Positions 49,550 through 61,491 of a DNA stretch of 64,000 bases are shown here, piece by piece. Origin of the DNA: Lama guanicoe (taxonomy: Eukaryota); the NCBI GenBank assembly GCA_013239625.1, contig MU053557.1, forward strand, positions 3,750,123 to 3,814,122, given 5' to 3'. The notes under the pieces are model-generated. The model saw nothing but the letters and a program-made list of their open reading frames with translations. It searched no databases and was not told the origin of the DNA. The position numbers were made by a program, and so were the translations under genes. The stretch's first letter is position 1. The number at the start of each line of letters is the position of its first letter.

Positions 49550-50285
49550 TCCTTTCTCCCTTTTATCCTCTACAGAGCCGATCACCAAAAATAATAACTC
49601 TTTGGTTTAAGCCATCATCATCCTTTCATGATCGACTACAACGGCCTTATACATGACTTCCCTGCTTCAGTCTCCTCTTCCACTGCATTCTCCACTGCAG
49701 GCAGAGTAATGATCTAAGGCCAAATCTGATGGTATTATGCGTAAAACCTTTAAGTGGCTTCTCCAGCCCCCAAGATGAACGCCGAACTCCTCCTGCCATG
49801 CAAGCCCTCTGTCCACCTCTTCAGTCTCAACTCTTACATTGTCCTCTTTCTTTCCTACCCTTGAATAATTTTCTTGAACTTGTTCCTACTTGTCCTCTCC
49901 TCCTAACATATCCCTTTTATCCACCCCTGGTCCTTCTCCCACTTTTTTCCTTCTATCTCACAAGATCCATTCCTTTAAACTGTACACTAATTTGTTCTCA
50001 ACACATTAAAAGTGCAGCTTTTTTTTCTCCGAGAAAGTCTTCCACGGCTTCCTTCCTGTCTGGATGTGAGTCAGTTATTCCTTCCTTATGCTCCCCTGAC
50101 CCCCTGTCCTTACACCTGCATTACCAGCTGTCACTGCTTCACAGCTGCCTGTTTACAAGTCCACGTCTCTCATTAGACCTGGCTTTTTTAGAGAAGAGTT
50201 ACTTTAATGTTCTTATTTACATTCCTAGTGGCTAGTGCAATACCTAGCATGGAGCAATTGCTTATTAAAAGTTGTTGAGTAAAGC
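49550..50285. mobile_element. Ancient L2 fragment
   Basis: cttcagtctcctcttccactgcattctccactgcag...gtaaaacctttaagtggcttc...cctagcatggagcaattgcttattaaaagttgttgagt, typical L2 3' motifs; boundaries approximate. Confidence 0.6.
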
Positions 50286-53200
50286 TAGACCCTTAAGATA
50301 AAAGTTTCAAAAGGAAATTTAGGACAGGCACTCTCAGTTACAGTCAATGACATAAAGCCCACAAAGACTTTTATTTTCAAAGCATTTAGAGATTCCACAT
50401 TACCTCCCTGGTACAAATTTAAAATCGCTGGCACTGATGCTTAGAAACAAGCTAGTTACATGAAAATATGAACTTATAAAACATACCTCCTCCCCACATG
50501 AAGGCTAGATTCATGAGGTGTTTCTTAGAAATACTAGCAAAAGCTGTAGCTAAAGAGAAAGGCAAAAGCAGTGTGAGCCCAGAAAAAAAAAATGCTGTGA
50601 GGTGTATTGTTATAATTAATCTTATAATAACTTTCAACTAATTAATTGCTCTTTATCAGCTAAATATATTTACCACTACAAAAGAAAATCTCAATCAGGG
50701 AAAGGTTATTTTATTTCAGGATAAAATCCTAGATTGACAGAGCTAGAAGAAAATGAGAGATGATTTATCTCACGGGTTTAATGTATGGGAATCCTGAAGC
50801 CAAGAGAGGGGAAGTGATTTTTCTGAGCTTACCCAAATGGGTGTAAATGAGAAATACACATTCAAGTAAATGGTTTTTAATCTTATGTCTCTTACACCAC
50901 TCCCTCTGGTCTCATGAACCACAGTTCCATGCTTTTCATGCAAATGACATTATCTATCTGATCATATTTTCAGGCAAAAGACTAGATTTTTTTTTTAGTC
51001 CCATGATCCTAGAAAACTATTCATTATCTACAGAAATGGTCACTTCTGTTTATTTCTGGCACACTTCAATTCCAAATCTATGGATTGTGTGGCAGGAGAC
51101 AGTACATATGGAAGTGTTTTAGTACAGAGTCATGGGATTAGCAATGAGAAGTGAATTCTAATGGCTAATTCTAATGGCTTGACTTATAAGAAAGAAGTCC
51201 TGGGAGCAGGAATAAAATGAAAATTTGCCAGCTATTATAGTCTCATCTCTGAGTCCACTTTGCTCCTAGAATTCATGTGAGAAGGCTGCCAGAGCGCCAA
51301 TTGCCAAGGTCTCTAAAAAAGAGCTTTTGACAAATTGTGTTCACAAAGGATATTTGCTTAAGTCCCAGCCTCTGGTCACAGGACAGGCATTGTTGAATTA
51401 AGCAGGAAATGTCACACTCTTTTCTAGAGGCTGCTCCTAGGTGCTGAGAAGAGCTGTAGGCAGTTAGATGACCTCCACTTGCAAGGGCCCACAGAAGAAT
51501 TTCAGAAGGTGCTCAACCCCCAGATACGCACTTATCTGGAAGCGTAAGGTAAGATTCTAAAGAAGAACGGGATTTTGATACAGTCATTTTAATGCCAGTA
51601 TGTCAAACAAGAAATCACAACACAGCATCAGCAACTACGGCAGTGGTTAAAAGCTATTAACTCGCTTTCTTTGTAGTTGTCCTTCCTCCTGTTATCACAA
51701 AGCTAGAAGAAAAAGGGATATATTTTTTGCCTTAGAGGAGGTTTGAAATCAACTGGACAAAAACACAGAAAATAGGCCAAAAAAAAATGACCCTTAGAGG
51801 CATGAATACTTTAGAAACTTACCAAGACAGAAGAAATAACATTTTCAAGAGAAATCAGAGAGACTGAGTTCTAACAAGACTGCTGCTGGGCAGCTTCCTG
51901 AACAGGCAGCGACTGCTGAGTGTGACAAAGTGTCTGCAGATTCAGGGGTTTCTCAATCTCAGTCAGAAATCACCCTGTCTCACGTGTGGCACAGAATCAG
52001 GGAGCAGCCTCAGTGAGGTGAACCATTTAAGGCAGGCTTTGCCCACGGAGATGCAGGTAGCAGTCATGACCGTCCAGAGACGAGAGAGGACCTGCTCTCA
52101 TGTTCTGTGCACTGCGTAAGCATCTCAGATCCTCATAAACTCCAAAAATGAATGAGACCAAATCTCCCCAAATCCAGGCAGAGTGGAGCGCTCAGAATCA
52201 GACATAAGTTTATGTAGAAAAAGAGAAGAAGTAGATTATGTTGTACATCTACAGTTACTGATCAAAACTCACACCTATTCTGTGTAGGACCATGCTGGGG
52301 ATTTCCTAGGAATTCACGTGCAGCGCGTATTCACATCAAGCGCTAGAATCAAAACCCATCAATGAGTTTTGAAACAAAATCTTGAGCCTGATAAGGAACT
52401 GGTAATAGAAATGGGTGTGGATTCGTTGGTGACTTCTGATTTGGGCAATGAATTGCAATGATGTTGAGTTTAACATAATTCTATATACTGTTTCTAAATC
52501 CTTAGTTTACTGAGTAGATGGCAAAAAGAAGAAAGGAAAATGCAGTCCTGCTAAGAGTTTATTAACAGGATTAATTTTTCCTATGAGGATTTCCAGAAAG
52601 GGGAGGACCATGGAAGGCAGATTTTATAGGGCATGATTCTTAAACTCTGAATTTACACAAATGAATGAACAAATGAAACAAAATTTTTAAAAAATCTTCC
52701 TGGAGAGGAAGGCACACACACAAATTAAAACCTAACTGGTGATAGATTAGGTTTGAGTGTGAAAACCAGACAGGAAATGAAGATGCCTACATTTTCCTGG
52801 ATTGGGTTCCTACTGACAGCTATTAGCAGAATGAAACCGGAGAGAAGCCTAAAAATGGGATTTAGCAGCAAAGTTAACATGGAAGATCCTGGGGGTGCCA
52901 GAAAGGCGGTATCCAGGGAGGAGTAGAGAACTGAGTGTAGGACCCAGATGGCAGATCCGCCCTCACCTTCTCTGGGAAAGTAAGGAGGGGCAGAAATGCT
53001 GACTTGGAGCTGTGTGGTTGCCGAGAAGACATGGCACAGGGGAGAGTCTTGTACTAGAACCAGGGGATCCGCCTCATGGAGTGGCCTTGGACCAGATACC
53101 CTTCCTCTCAGGGCCTCACTTCCTCTATTGTTTGCAGTCTAGATCAGACGTTTTCAAAGAGATTTCCATGGAACCGTGAGGTGTGTGGTGGAAATGCAGG

Positions 53201-54670
53201 TACTTTTAAACCCTGTACTGCTTCTATTTAAGTTACTTTTTTAAAAATCTGTTCATTTATCACTTGCCTCATAAAATTACATTTCTGTGTGGAAAAGGTT
53301 CCATTTTTTAATTGAACCACCACAGCAGAGAGTTTGAAAACCACCGACCCAGATGCTTGTTCAGGGACTCCCCAGGTCTAACACCCAATGAGCCATTGTT
53401 CTCATCTCTGCCCTCTACTTAGAACGTGGTCAGTCTAATCAGACGTTTCACCATAACTTGGAGAGAAGAGCACTTATCCTATTCAGAAAAGCTTCTGGAT
53501 TGCATCTCATTGCGGTGCACATGTTTCAAATGCTGATGAAGCCTTGAAGTACATGTCAGGTGTAAGCATTTGAATTTTTACAACGGCATAAACTAAAATT
53601 GTAGACATCTGAGAAGAAGAGGTGGTACTGGAAAATGCAAAGTATGAATGAGCGAGACATACCTTAAAAAAAACAGAAAGAAATGCAATCAGCTACTGGG
53701 AGACCGTAAGATTTGAAACTGGAAGACGTGGTTTTGGTCAAGATCTCAATAGGTGTCTGCTGTGGGGAATTTTAAGTCTTCCAGTCTGTGAGTTTCCTCT
53801 TTGAGAATTAATTCTATTTTTATGTTAACTCTGTCTTCTGGACGGCTGATGTGAAGACCACATGAGACGAGAGAGGTGAATGTGCTAAGTAACTGGAAAT
53901 CACTGGGCCTGTGTTATTGAAAAAATATCGGTTATGCGGATAAACAGAAATCAGATACAGAAGCGGGGAATGTGTTAAAACAGAATACCATGGTTACAGT
54001 CTTAAGAGGCAGGAGACAGCAGGGCAAAACCTGGATTTTTATCATAAATATCCATTTTAGTTAATGAAGTAGTATATCCCAGTTTAAAAAAAAAAGTGTA
54101 GGCCTAGGATGCTGGGAAACTGGCTCTCCCAACTGTTAAGTGTGACTAAAGACAATACACTTGAAGCTTTCTGATTTTGTTGTTCTACCTGCGAAATAGC
54201 AATATTACTCCTCTTCATACTTCATAAAGTTAATCATGTAACAGGTCTTCGGAGAATGCTGAAAAGTGTGCCCACACTCTAGAAAAGCAGGGTTCACAGG
54301 GCTGATTATTAATTTTGTCTCCCACAGTACATTGTAAAGACATGTCCTCATGGCTTCTATGTTCTATGCATTTACTCTAACCCTTAACACCCTTGATACA
54401 TGTCATTTGAAAGTCTGCTTGCTCTTTACTACCCTATGATTTTATTTGTTTCTCAAATATAGTCATGCCATTATATTGCTGAGCCATCAAAGGATTATTA
54501 TGTAAAATATCTTTCGGTAGGTGAGTTTTAAGAGGTAATTGTTCCAACTGTCAGTAACTCAAGATAATAAGGAAGTTTTCCTTGACAAATACAATAAACT
54601 GCCCTAGCTTGGGTTAACAGCCAATCATTGAGAAAGTCAATTTTTAACGAGGACAGGACCCTGCCTTGTG

Positions 54671-54677
54671 TATATAT
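54671..54677 (+). promoter_or_regulatory. Putative TATA box of the small Kazal gene
   Basis: TATATAT about 80 nt upstream of the ATG at 54758; position only, no transcript evidence. Confidence 0.45.
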
Positions 54678-54757
54678 GTGTGTATTTGGCAGACCGCTTT
54701 TTCTCGCTCTCTCTGAACTTCCTGCTCAGAGCAAAACGGCCCTCCTTCATCATCACT

Positions 54758-54824
54758 ATGAAGAGCATCACCGCTTGTGTCATCCTTGCTCTGGCAGCCA
54801 CTACGTGGGCTGCCTCTCTACCTG
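54758..54824 (+). CDS. Kazal gene exon 1 (signal peptide)
   Basis: cactATGAAG...CTACCTG|gtgagt, 67 nt, [22 protein letters not shown], phase 1. Confidence 0.88.
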
Positions 54825-56783
54825 GTGAGTTAGGAATTCTTTTCAGTGGTTCTTTGTTAACTGTGACATACCCAGTACTCAGTAGTTACAGAATGTTAAA
54901 GTCAAAAGAAAATGTAGAAGGCATCTGTCTGGATTGATCAGATTAACAAAGTGGGGGTGAGTGAGACCTTCAGGAAGAGGAAGAGAGACTGAGAAGAATA
55001 AAAGGATTGTGAGCTTTCTGCTCATTTCCTGATCACGATCTCTTAGGTTTCTGACTGGCCCTTTGGAAACTACCTGTGCAAGTTTGAGGCTATAACCCCA
55101 ACCTTACTCTGGGCATGCCCACGGGATCTCCTGGGTACCTGTAAAAGCCCTTTCCCCCATTTTTAAAATCAGGACCACATACACTCTGACTTCACCCTGA
55201 GATGGCCCTGAGTAAAGAAGTGACCTCTCTTAGGTCTGGCCTGGACAAGGGAAATGGGTTTCAGTTACTGTGAACAAGGAATTCAGCTTTGCATTTCTAA
55301 CTGTGGAATTTACTCTTTTTCCAATTCCTTCTCTCCAAATGCATCTTATTCCACACTCTTCGGGTGATCAAGCAATACGGCCAAAAGTGAGTACAACCTT
55401 TTCTGTGTGGTCTTCGTAAAAATGAAATTAGAGCTTGTGGGTAAATGAGCTGTGAAAGCACCTAAACTGGGGCGCAGGGGCTGAAATCATTCCGCAGGAC
55501 GTGAAGCTGCTCCTACTCTCCCTGTCCTGGTGCTGTCTCTTTTTTTCAAAGGTTGCAAAAGGAATCTCCTTGCAAAAGCGCAGTGAGGCTAAGTTAACTT
55601 TTACCTTTGGGTAGCATTTTAAATTTTTCTCAGTATTTTTCACATTCATTATTCTACTGGACTCTCATTATAGCCCTAAAAAGTTGAATATTTGAACAAG
55701 ATCTGATTTGGCTTCAAAAAAAATCACTCTGGTATCAGTGTGGAAGGTGATTTCAATCTCCGATAAACACGGAGGCTGGGCGATAAACCGGCAGATACTG
55801 CAACCATGTAGGCAACACATAGTGAGGGTCTGAATAAAGAGGATGACAGTATGAGCAGGAGATGGCTAATTCAAAATTAGGTACAAAATAGAATCCCCAG
55901 CTGTATCCTATTCATCCTATTCATCAGGCGGCTGTGAACTTGGGCTGAGCACTCCCTTGCTGTGACGGTATTCTCACCATCACAGATAAAGGAAATTGCA
56001 GAGGATGTGTACCCTGGCATGTGGGATTTCGGATTAAATGATCCCTCAAGGCTTTCTAGGATTTAACGTTTTGAAATTGTTTTTTCTCTTTTCCTTTCTT
56101 TGGACAGAGCATAGTTCAGTGCCCCAAATATTCTGATTATACTGTATGCACCTTGGAGTACAATCCTCATTGTGGATCTGATGGAAGAGTATACGGCAAC
56201 AAATGCTTGTTCTGCAGCGCCGTTGCGTAAGTGCTTAGTTTAACATTTTGTGTGTAGGAAGAGCCTCTCCCCCAGAACCGGAAGCCATCTTAGCTACCCA
56301 GTAAGCTAGACGCTGCCATAAAGCGTAAGAGGGAGATGGCTGACTGATAATCATGACATTTTACAAAAAGAGGTAAAAAGAAAGAGAGAAAAGGAGAGAA
56401 AAAGGAAATGCGTAACAAGGAGAAACTGAAGCTAGGGAAAGAGAGGCTTGATCAACATCATAATATGATTAAGTGGCAGCAAAAAGAGAAATTTACAGAC
56501 TTGTTGGCTCCTGGCACTGGCTTTTACCAGTTGACTGAATTCCTTTTTCCCACAGTGCTGAAGCTCAGTGATTAACTGCTCACCTTTCACGGTGTATACG
56601 CATTTGGCTGGCTGGAACTAAGAATATGCAACTTTTAATTTAAGGTCTCTAAAGCTTTCCTTTTAAAAACATGATTTCTCTTGCAGGAGGAGCCGCGGCA
56701 CACTTTTTTTCGTAAAATATGGACCATGCAGGGTCTCCCCGGTGCCCAAGGGCCCTACGTATATTTTGGAAGAGTCCACATAG
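54758..56783 (+). CDS. Secreted single-domain Kazal-type protease inhibitor (double-headed submandibular protease inhibitor-like); exons 54758-54824, 55373-55386, 56108-56226, 56687-56783; 98 aa
   Basis: Signal peptide [18 protein letters not shown]; six-Cys Kazal domain [50 protein letters not shown]; typical SPINK four-exon phases 1/0/2; AATAAA 55 nt after TAG. The exon 2 acceptor is the uncertain part. Confidence 0.8.
55373..55386 (+). CDS. Kazal gene exon 2 (predicted 14-nt micro-exon)
   Basis: tcaag|CAATACGGCCAAAA|gtgagt. First AG after a branch-like ttctaac and a long pyrimidine tract; its 3n+2 length restores the frame. Confidence 0.55.
56108..56226 (+). CDS. Kazal gene exon 3 (Cys I-V)
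   Basis: ggacag|AGCATA...GTTGC|gtaagt, 119 nt, [39 protein letters not shown]. Confidence 0.92.
56687..56783 (+). CDS. Kazal gene exon 4 (Cys VI, stop)
   Basis: ttgcag|GAGGAGC...[37 protein letters not shown]. Confidence 0.88.
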
Positions 56784-56837
56784 AGAACTGGTTTCCCTAG
56801 GACGGTTGTGGGGACAAATCCAGAGACCTGATTCTTC

Positions 56838-56843
56838 AATAAA
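56838..56843 (+). terminator. Polyadenylation signal of the small Kazal gene
   Basis: AATAAA followed by GT-rich gttgtcagggttgtctttgtg. Confidence 0.75.
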
Positions 56844-57851
56844 AGATTCTCAGCAGAAAGTTGTCAGGGTTGTCTTTGTGGATACAATTCTTCTTTTCAA
56901 GAAATCATCTATGCTCATTTTCCTAAATGTATAAATCACACAGAAATATTTCCTCTATTTCTACTCACTTTGAGAGCTGGAGAGATTATACACACCCTGG
57001 TGAGAGAAGAGTCTGCTCATAGCCCCCATTTAAAAAAGACTCATTTAAAAAAAAATAAACATGGATCAAAGGGCGGCTCTAACCATTAGTATTACGTTAC
57101 CTTTAGCTACACTAATGAAAAGCGGAAAATCCAGAGTTGGAAAAAGACACAGTGAGAATCCCTAACACTACAAACGAATTGGAACAGGCCAGGAATAACA
57201 TAATGCTTTAGGCTGATCACCCCTTAAAGAGAACTCAGTCACATGCAGGCATCTGCAAAGGAAGGCATCTTGGTTTTCATTTTGGGGGAGAGTTTAAAAA
57301 AAACAGACTCTAATTAAATGTTGAAATCACTAATAAGGCCTGAGGCAAAGTCAAGTTAGTTGGGAACAAATGAGGGTATATGTAGGACTGTCACGAGATA
57401 GAGATGTGACAACTTTCTGGGACTCCAGAGAGTACTGAGGTCCTAAATAAAATGTGCAAAGATATTTACCTTGGAAAATAATTTTCTAATAGTGAGTTGG
57501 CAACTAGGGGCATAGTGATGCCCTACTAGTTCACGTGTTCAAAGCGCGATGGTTTTCATTTTTCAGCAAAGACTGGTTAAATGCTTGCCAGTTGTGCTGG
57601 AGAGATTTGTGTGTTTTTCCCTAACAGCATATATAGAAAGATCACTAGAGGTCAAGCAATGTGTTGTGTGGGGAGAGGCGCTACAAATGGGCAAAAAGAG
57701 TCCCAGCCATCAAGGCATTTGTAGACCAATCAAACAGACAGACTGAAAGAACTGATTACTAAACAATGTAAAAAGATTACACTCCAGAATTATTAAAAGT
57801 TCAGTAAGAATTGAAAGGAAGACTTGAGGTGTTAGTTACATGATGAGCTAG

Positions 57852-58683
57852 TGTATTAGTCTCCTCAGGCTACCATAACAAAATACAGACCTTCCTCCAC
57901 TTAGGATGGGGTTATATTTTGATACACTCATCATAAATTAAAAATATCATACACTAAAATTGCACCTAACCTACTGAACATCACAGCTCAGCCTCATCTA
58001 CCTTAAATGTACTCAGAACACTTTTATTAGCCTACGGTGGACAAAATCATCTAACACAAAGCCTGTTTTATAATAAAGTGTTGCACATATCATGCAATTT
58101 ATTGAATACTGTAAAAGCAACCAATGGAATGGTTGTATGGGTACAGAATGGTGTCAGCATATCGGCTGCTCACCCTCACGATTGAGTGGCTGACCGGGAG
58201 CTGTGGCTCACTGCCCAGCAACACAAGACTGTCGGATGCATATCGCTAGCCCAGGAAAAGATCAAAATTCAAAATTCAGTTTCTACAAAATGTCTATCAC
58301 TATACAGCTGAAAATCTGTTAGTTGAATCCATCATAAGTAGAGAACTGTCTGTACCACAGACCAGGTGTCTTAAACAATAGTTTATGTTCTCACAGTTCT
58401 GCAGGCTGGGATGTCCAAGATCAAGGCGCCAGAAGGTTTGGTGCCTGGTAAGAGCCCACTACCAGGTTCACAGAGTGTCTTCTTGCTGTGACCTCCTATG
58501 AATGAAGGGGCAAGAGGTTGCTCTCTGGAATCTGTTTTATAAGGGCACGGACTCCAATCCTGAGGGCTGTGCCTTCTTGACCTACTCAGCTCCTAAAAAT
58601 CTCACCTCCTAATACCATCACATCGGGGATTAGGTTTCAACATATGAATTTGTGGGGGATACAAATATTCAGACAGTAACTCA
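57852..58683. mobile_element. MaLR LTR (MLT1A/B-like) split by a Tigger-type MITE
   Basis: tgtattagtc...gctaccataacaaaaTA[insert]ccacagac...tctcacagttctg...tccaagatcaagg...cacctcctaataccatcaca. Confidence 0.8.
57886..58352. mobile_element. Tigger-derived MITE (MER47/Tigger5-like)
   Basis: TA-cagac...gtctg-TA with TA duplication and terminal inverted ends. Confidence 0.8.
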
Positions 58684-60920
58684 TAGGAGACATTTAGGAT
58701 GATGACCATCCCAGCTCATGACTGGAAGGATGGCTGCTGAACCTATATTAAATGATTTGCTTAACTACAAACAAAAACAACAGTCTATATGTTGTAGAGT
58801 ATATTATATATAATGTTTAAAAAATACATGTAATTATGCAATAAGTACATAATTTTGCCTTTTGAACCTACAAATTGAAAAGGTGAGTTTATTTACATAA
58901 ACTCCGTTTTTGTCTAACCAAATTTCCCCAGGAGAGTATGCAAGTCTGGGTAATGCTGTCCTGTGGCTGCCACAAAACCCCTGAGAAGGGCAAGACTTCA
59001 CCCTACAGCCCAGGGTGGGACTGATCATTTGTGTGAAGGTGTTTCTGTGATGGAGAAACAGCTTTTGGACCCTTAAGAAGGGCAGCTCAGTGTGTGCTGG
59101 AGAAGTAACTGGGTACAGAACAGGCCGACTGTGAAAGCTGTGTGGTTTGGGCAGTGGAGTTGAGACTTTCCTTTCTGCTAGAGAACATGGAGCCTTAGGT
59201 TAAATCCTGTGAAGGATTCTGACATCTCTGAAAGGTGAAAAGAATCTGCTTTGGACTAAAGTGAGGAAATGGTTTTGAAAACATTAGTTTGAGGTGACAC
59301 TGGAACATACAAATTAAATTATTTCATAGCTAGGAATAGGCACCTGACATCCAGGGACAAAGCCCCAAGTTGCAGCTTTTGGAATTAAACCATGGGCACG
59401 GTAGATGGTGGGGAAGTCACAGACTAAGGGTTCTTTGAGAAATATGTGATCTCTTAGTCTTACCCACTCTGCTCTCCCAGTATTAGTTCAACTGGAATTT
59501 GGGGGCGTTTGAGAAAGCTGAAAAAGTTTTAGCCTGTCTTCTTTCCTGTGTTTTACTTTTTTCTCTGTGTGCTTTAGGATTAAATACCTTTGCATCTATT
59601 AAACAGAGCCTCATGGTGATAATACACACTTCCTTTTATCTTAGGATATTGTGCTTCACTTTTACCTAGTTGATATATTGGATTTGTATAATTAATTATT
59701 TGATTTCTCCATATTGATATGGATGAGAAACACAGGGGCTAAGATAATTATCAAAATGTCACAAGATTCAGAAAACTCAAATATTAAAAATTGCTTCCTC
59801 AGGTCTTCCTGCCCTGAGTAATTACTTGTTGACTGGTATTCTCCTAACATCATCTCCATTAGGGTAAGGAAAATGCCAGTCTTCTTCACTGCTGTATTTC
59901 CAGTGCCTTAGACAAATCCTGACAAACCAGACTCCCAGATAGTAGAAGGCCTACGGGAACTCACTTCACCAGCGACGCCTTACTTCACCAGTGACAAGGC
60001 AAAGTTGAAAAAAATGTAAATTATTTATTATCAGGTGGGAAGCAATTTCACTCTCATCATTGTCTTTGAATATTCACACAATGCAATAACTCTGTGACTC
60101 TGAGCCTATAAAGCCCTTATCAGTGCTGAGGCAAAGAAAGGGCCAAAATAAATAGCTTTTCACTAGTGGCTAACCTGGATCAAGCAGTTTTCCAAGCTTA
60201 AACCTTAAACCTCCTAAGGAAGGTTTGATTACTCCACTGTGCAAACAGGAAAATTCTGTACACAGAGAATAAATTACCTTTCAAGTTGACAAAATATTAT
60301 AATTAGGTCTTCTGCTTTTATGTCCAAAATCCTTTATAAAAAAACGAGTGCCTCTACCTCTCTGAACTGGGGGACGAATGATTTACTCAAGAAGATGACA
60401 GGGTATTTTCAAACTGTTCCATGTTGTATCCCAAGTACAGAGCCATATGGATAAAAACCATTCTTTCATATTCTATGTGACCTAAGTCCTTTCTGGAAGT
60501 TTCTAGTAGAATTGTTTTTAGGCATTTTTTGAAATGAAATAATGAGATAAATTAACTGAGGTAAATAAAAATGTGTTCAGTCCAGCACTGTTAATTATAA
60601 TGAAAATCCAAATCAACCTAAGTGAGCAATTATGGAAAAAATATTAATATAATAAAAATCCATATATGTGACAAAATATGACCTAGGCATCTAAATTCAT
60701 GTTCTATTACTATTTAAAGATCAAGAAAATTTCACAGTACATTTCTAAGTGAAAAATGCAGAATACAACATATACTACAAAAACTTGATTGAATATGACA
60801 ATAAGAACATGTATGTGTTCATCTATACACACATATTTTTAAAAACTGGAACAATATAATTCATATATTCAACAGTTATCACTGGGTTGTGATTTCATGT
60901 CTTTTTTTCCATAATATTTC

Positions 60921-61491
60921 TGAAGTGGGAGGAAAGGGGGCAGGGCACAACCACTGAAGGAATAACAGCAAACTGGTTAGAACCAAGATGGCAGAAGATT
61001 CGACTTCTAGTAGTCCTTGAGCCTCATGGCACACCTGCAGGCAACATGGCAGTTTCTAGGCTGACCATAAAAAGTCGAAAAGTGGGCAGGGGCCCGATTC
61101 ATGGAAATCCTTACCTCTTCCCCCAAAGTAGTTGGAATAATCCTCCTACCTATTAGCATATGAAATCACTGAGCCCATAAAACCTAATGATTCCATACCC
61201 TGTGGTCGTTCTCTCTCTTGCCTTCTGAGATGGTCTGCACTCTGTCTATGGAGTGTGTATCTACTTTTACTTTAAACTAAACACCCCACACTTCTCAACT
61301 TCTCTCCCTCTCACCTTTCTGAGATGGCCCACCTCCTGTCTATGGAGTGTGTATCTCCTAAGCCATTCTCCTTTCTGAGTGAGCTAGACCCCCACTCTCT
61401 GAAATGTGCATCTCTCTACTTGGTTTCACTTCCCCATGCCTTGCTCTTGAATTCTTTCCTGCACGAAGTGAGAACCTATTCTCCCACAACA
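60921..61491 (+). mobile_element. ERV1 solo LTR (MER41-like)
   Basis: TG...CA termini with 4-bp TSD TTTC (60917-60920, 61492-61495); motifs accaagatggc, gaataatcc...ttagcatat, ttgaattctttcctgcacga; internal repeat ttctgagatgg...ctgtctatggagtgtgtatct; inserted in an old L1 3' remnant. Confidence 0.85.

Noticed and set aside
49729..50235. 168-aa Leu/Pro/Ser-rich ORF
   Set aside because: Lies in a pyrimidine-rich L2 relic, where base composition suppresses stop codons.
51428..51548. Exon-like segment (ttttctag|...AAG|gtaaga) with a 39-codon open frame in the intergenic spacer
   Set aside because: No Kazal or other recognisable motif, ends in a stop, and no partner exons found; at most a non-coding exon that sequence alone cannot support.
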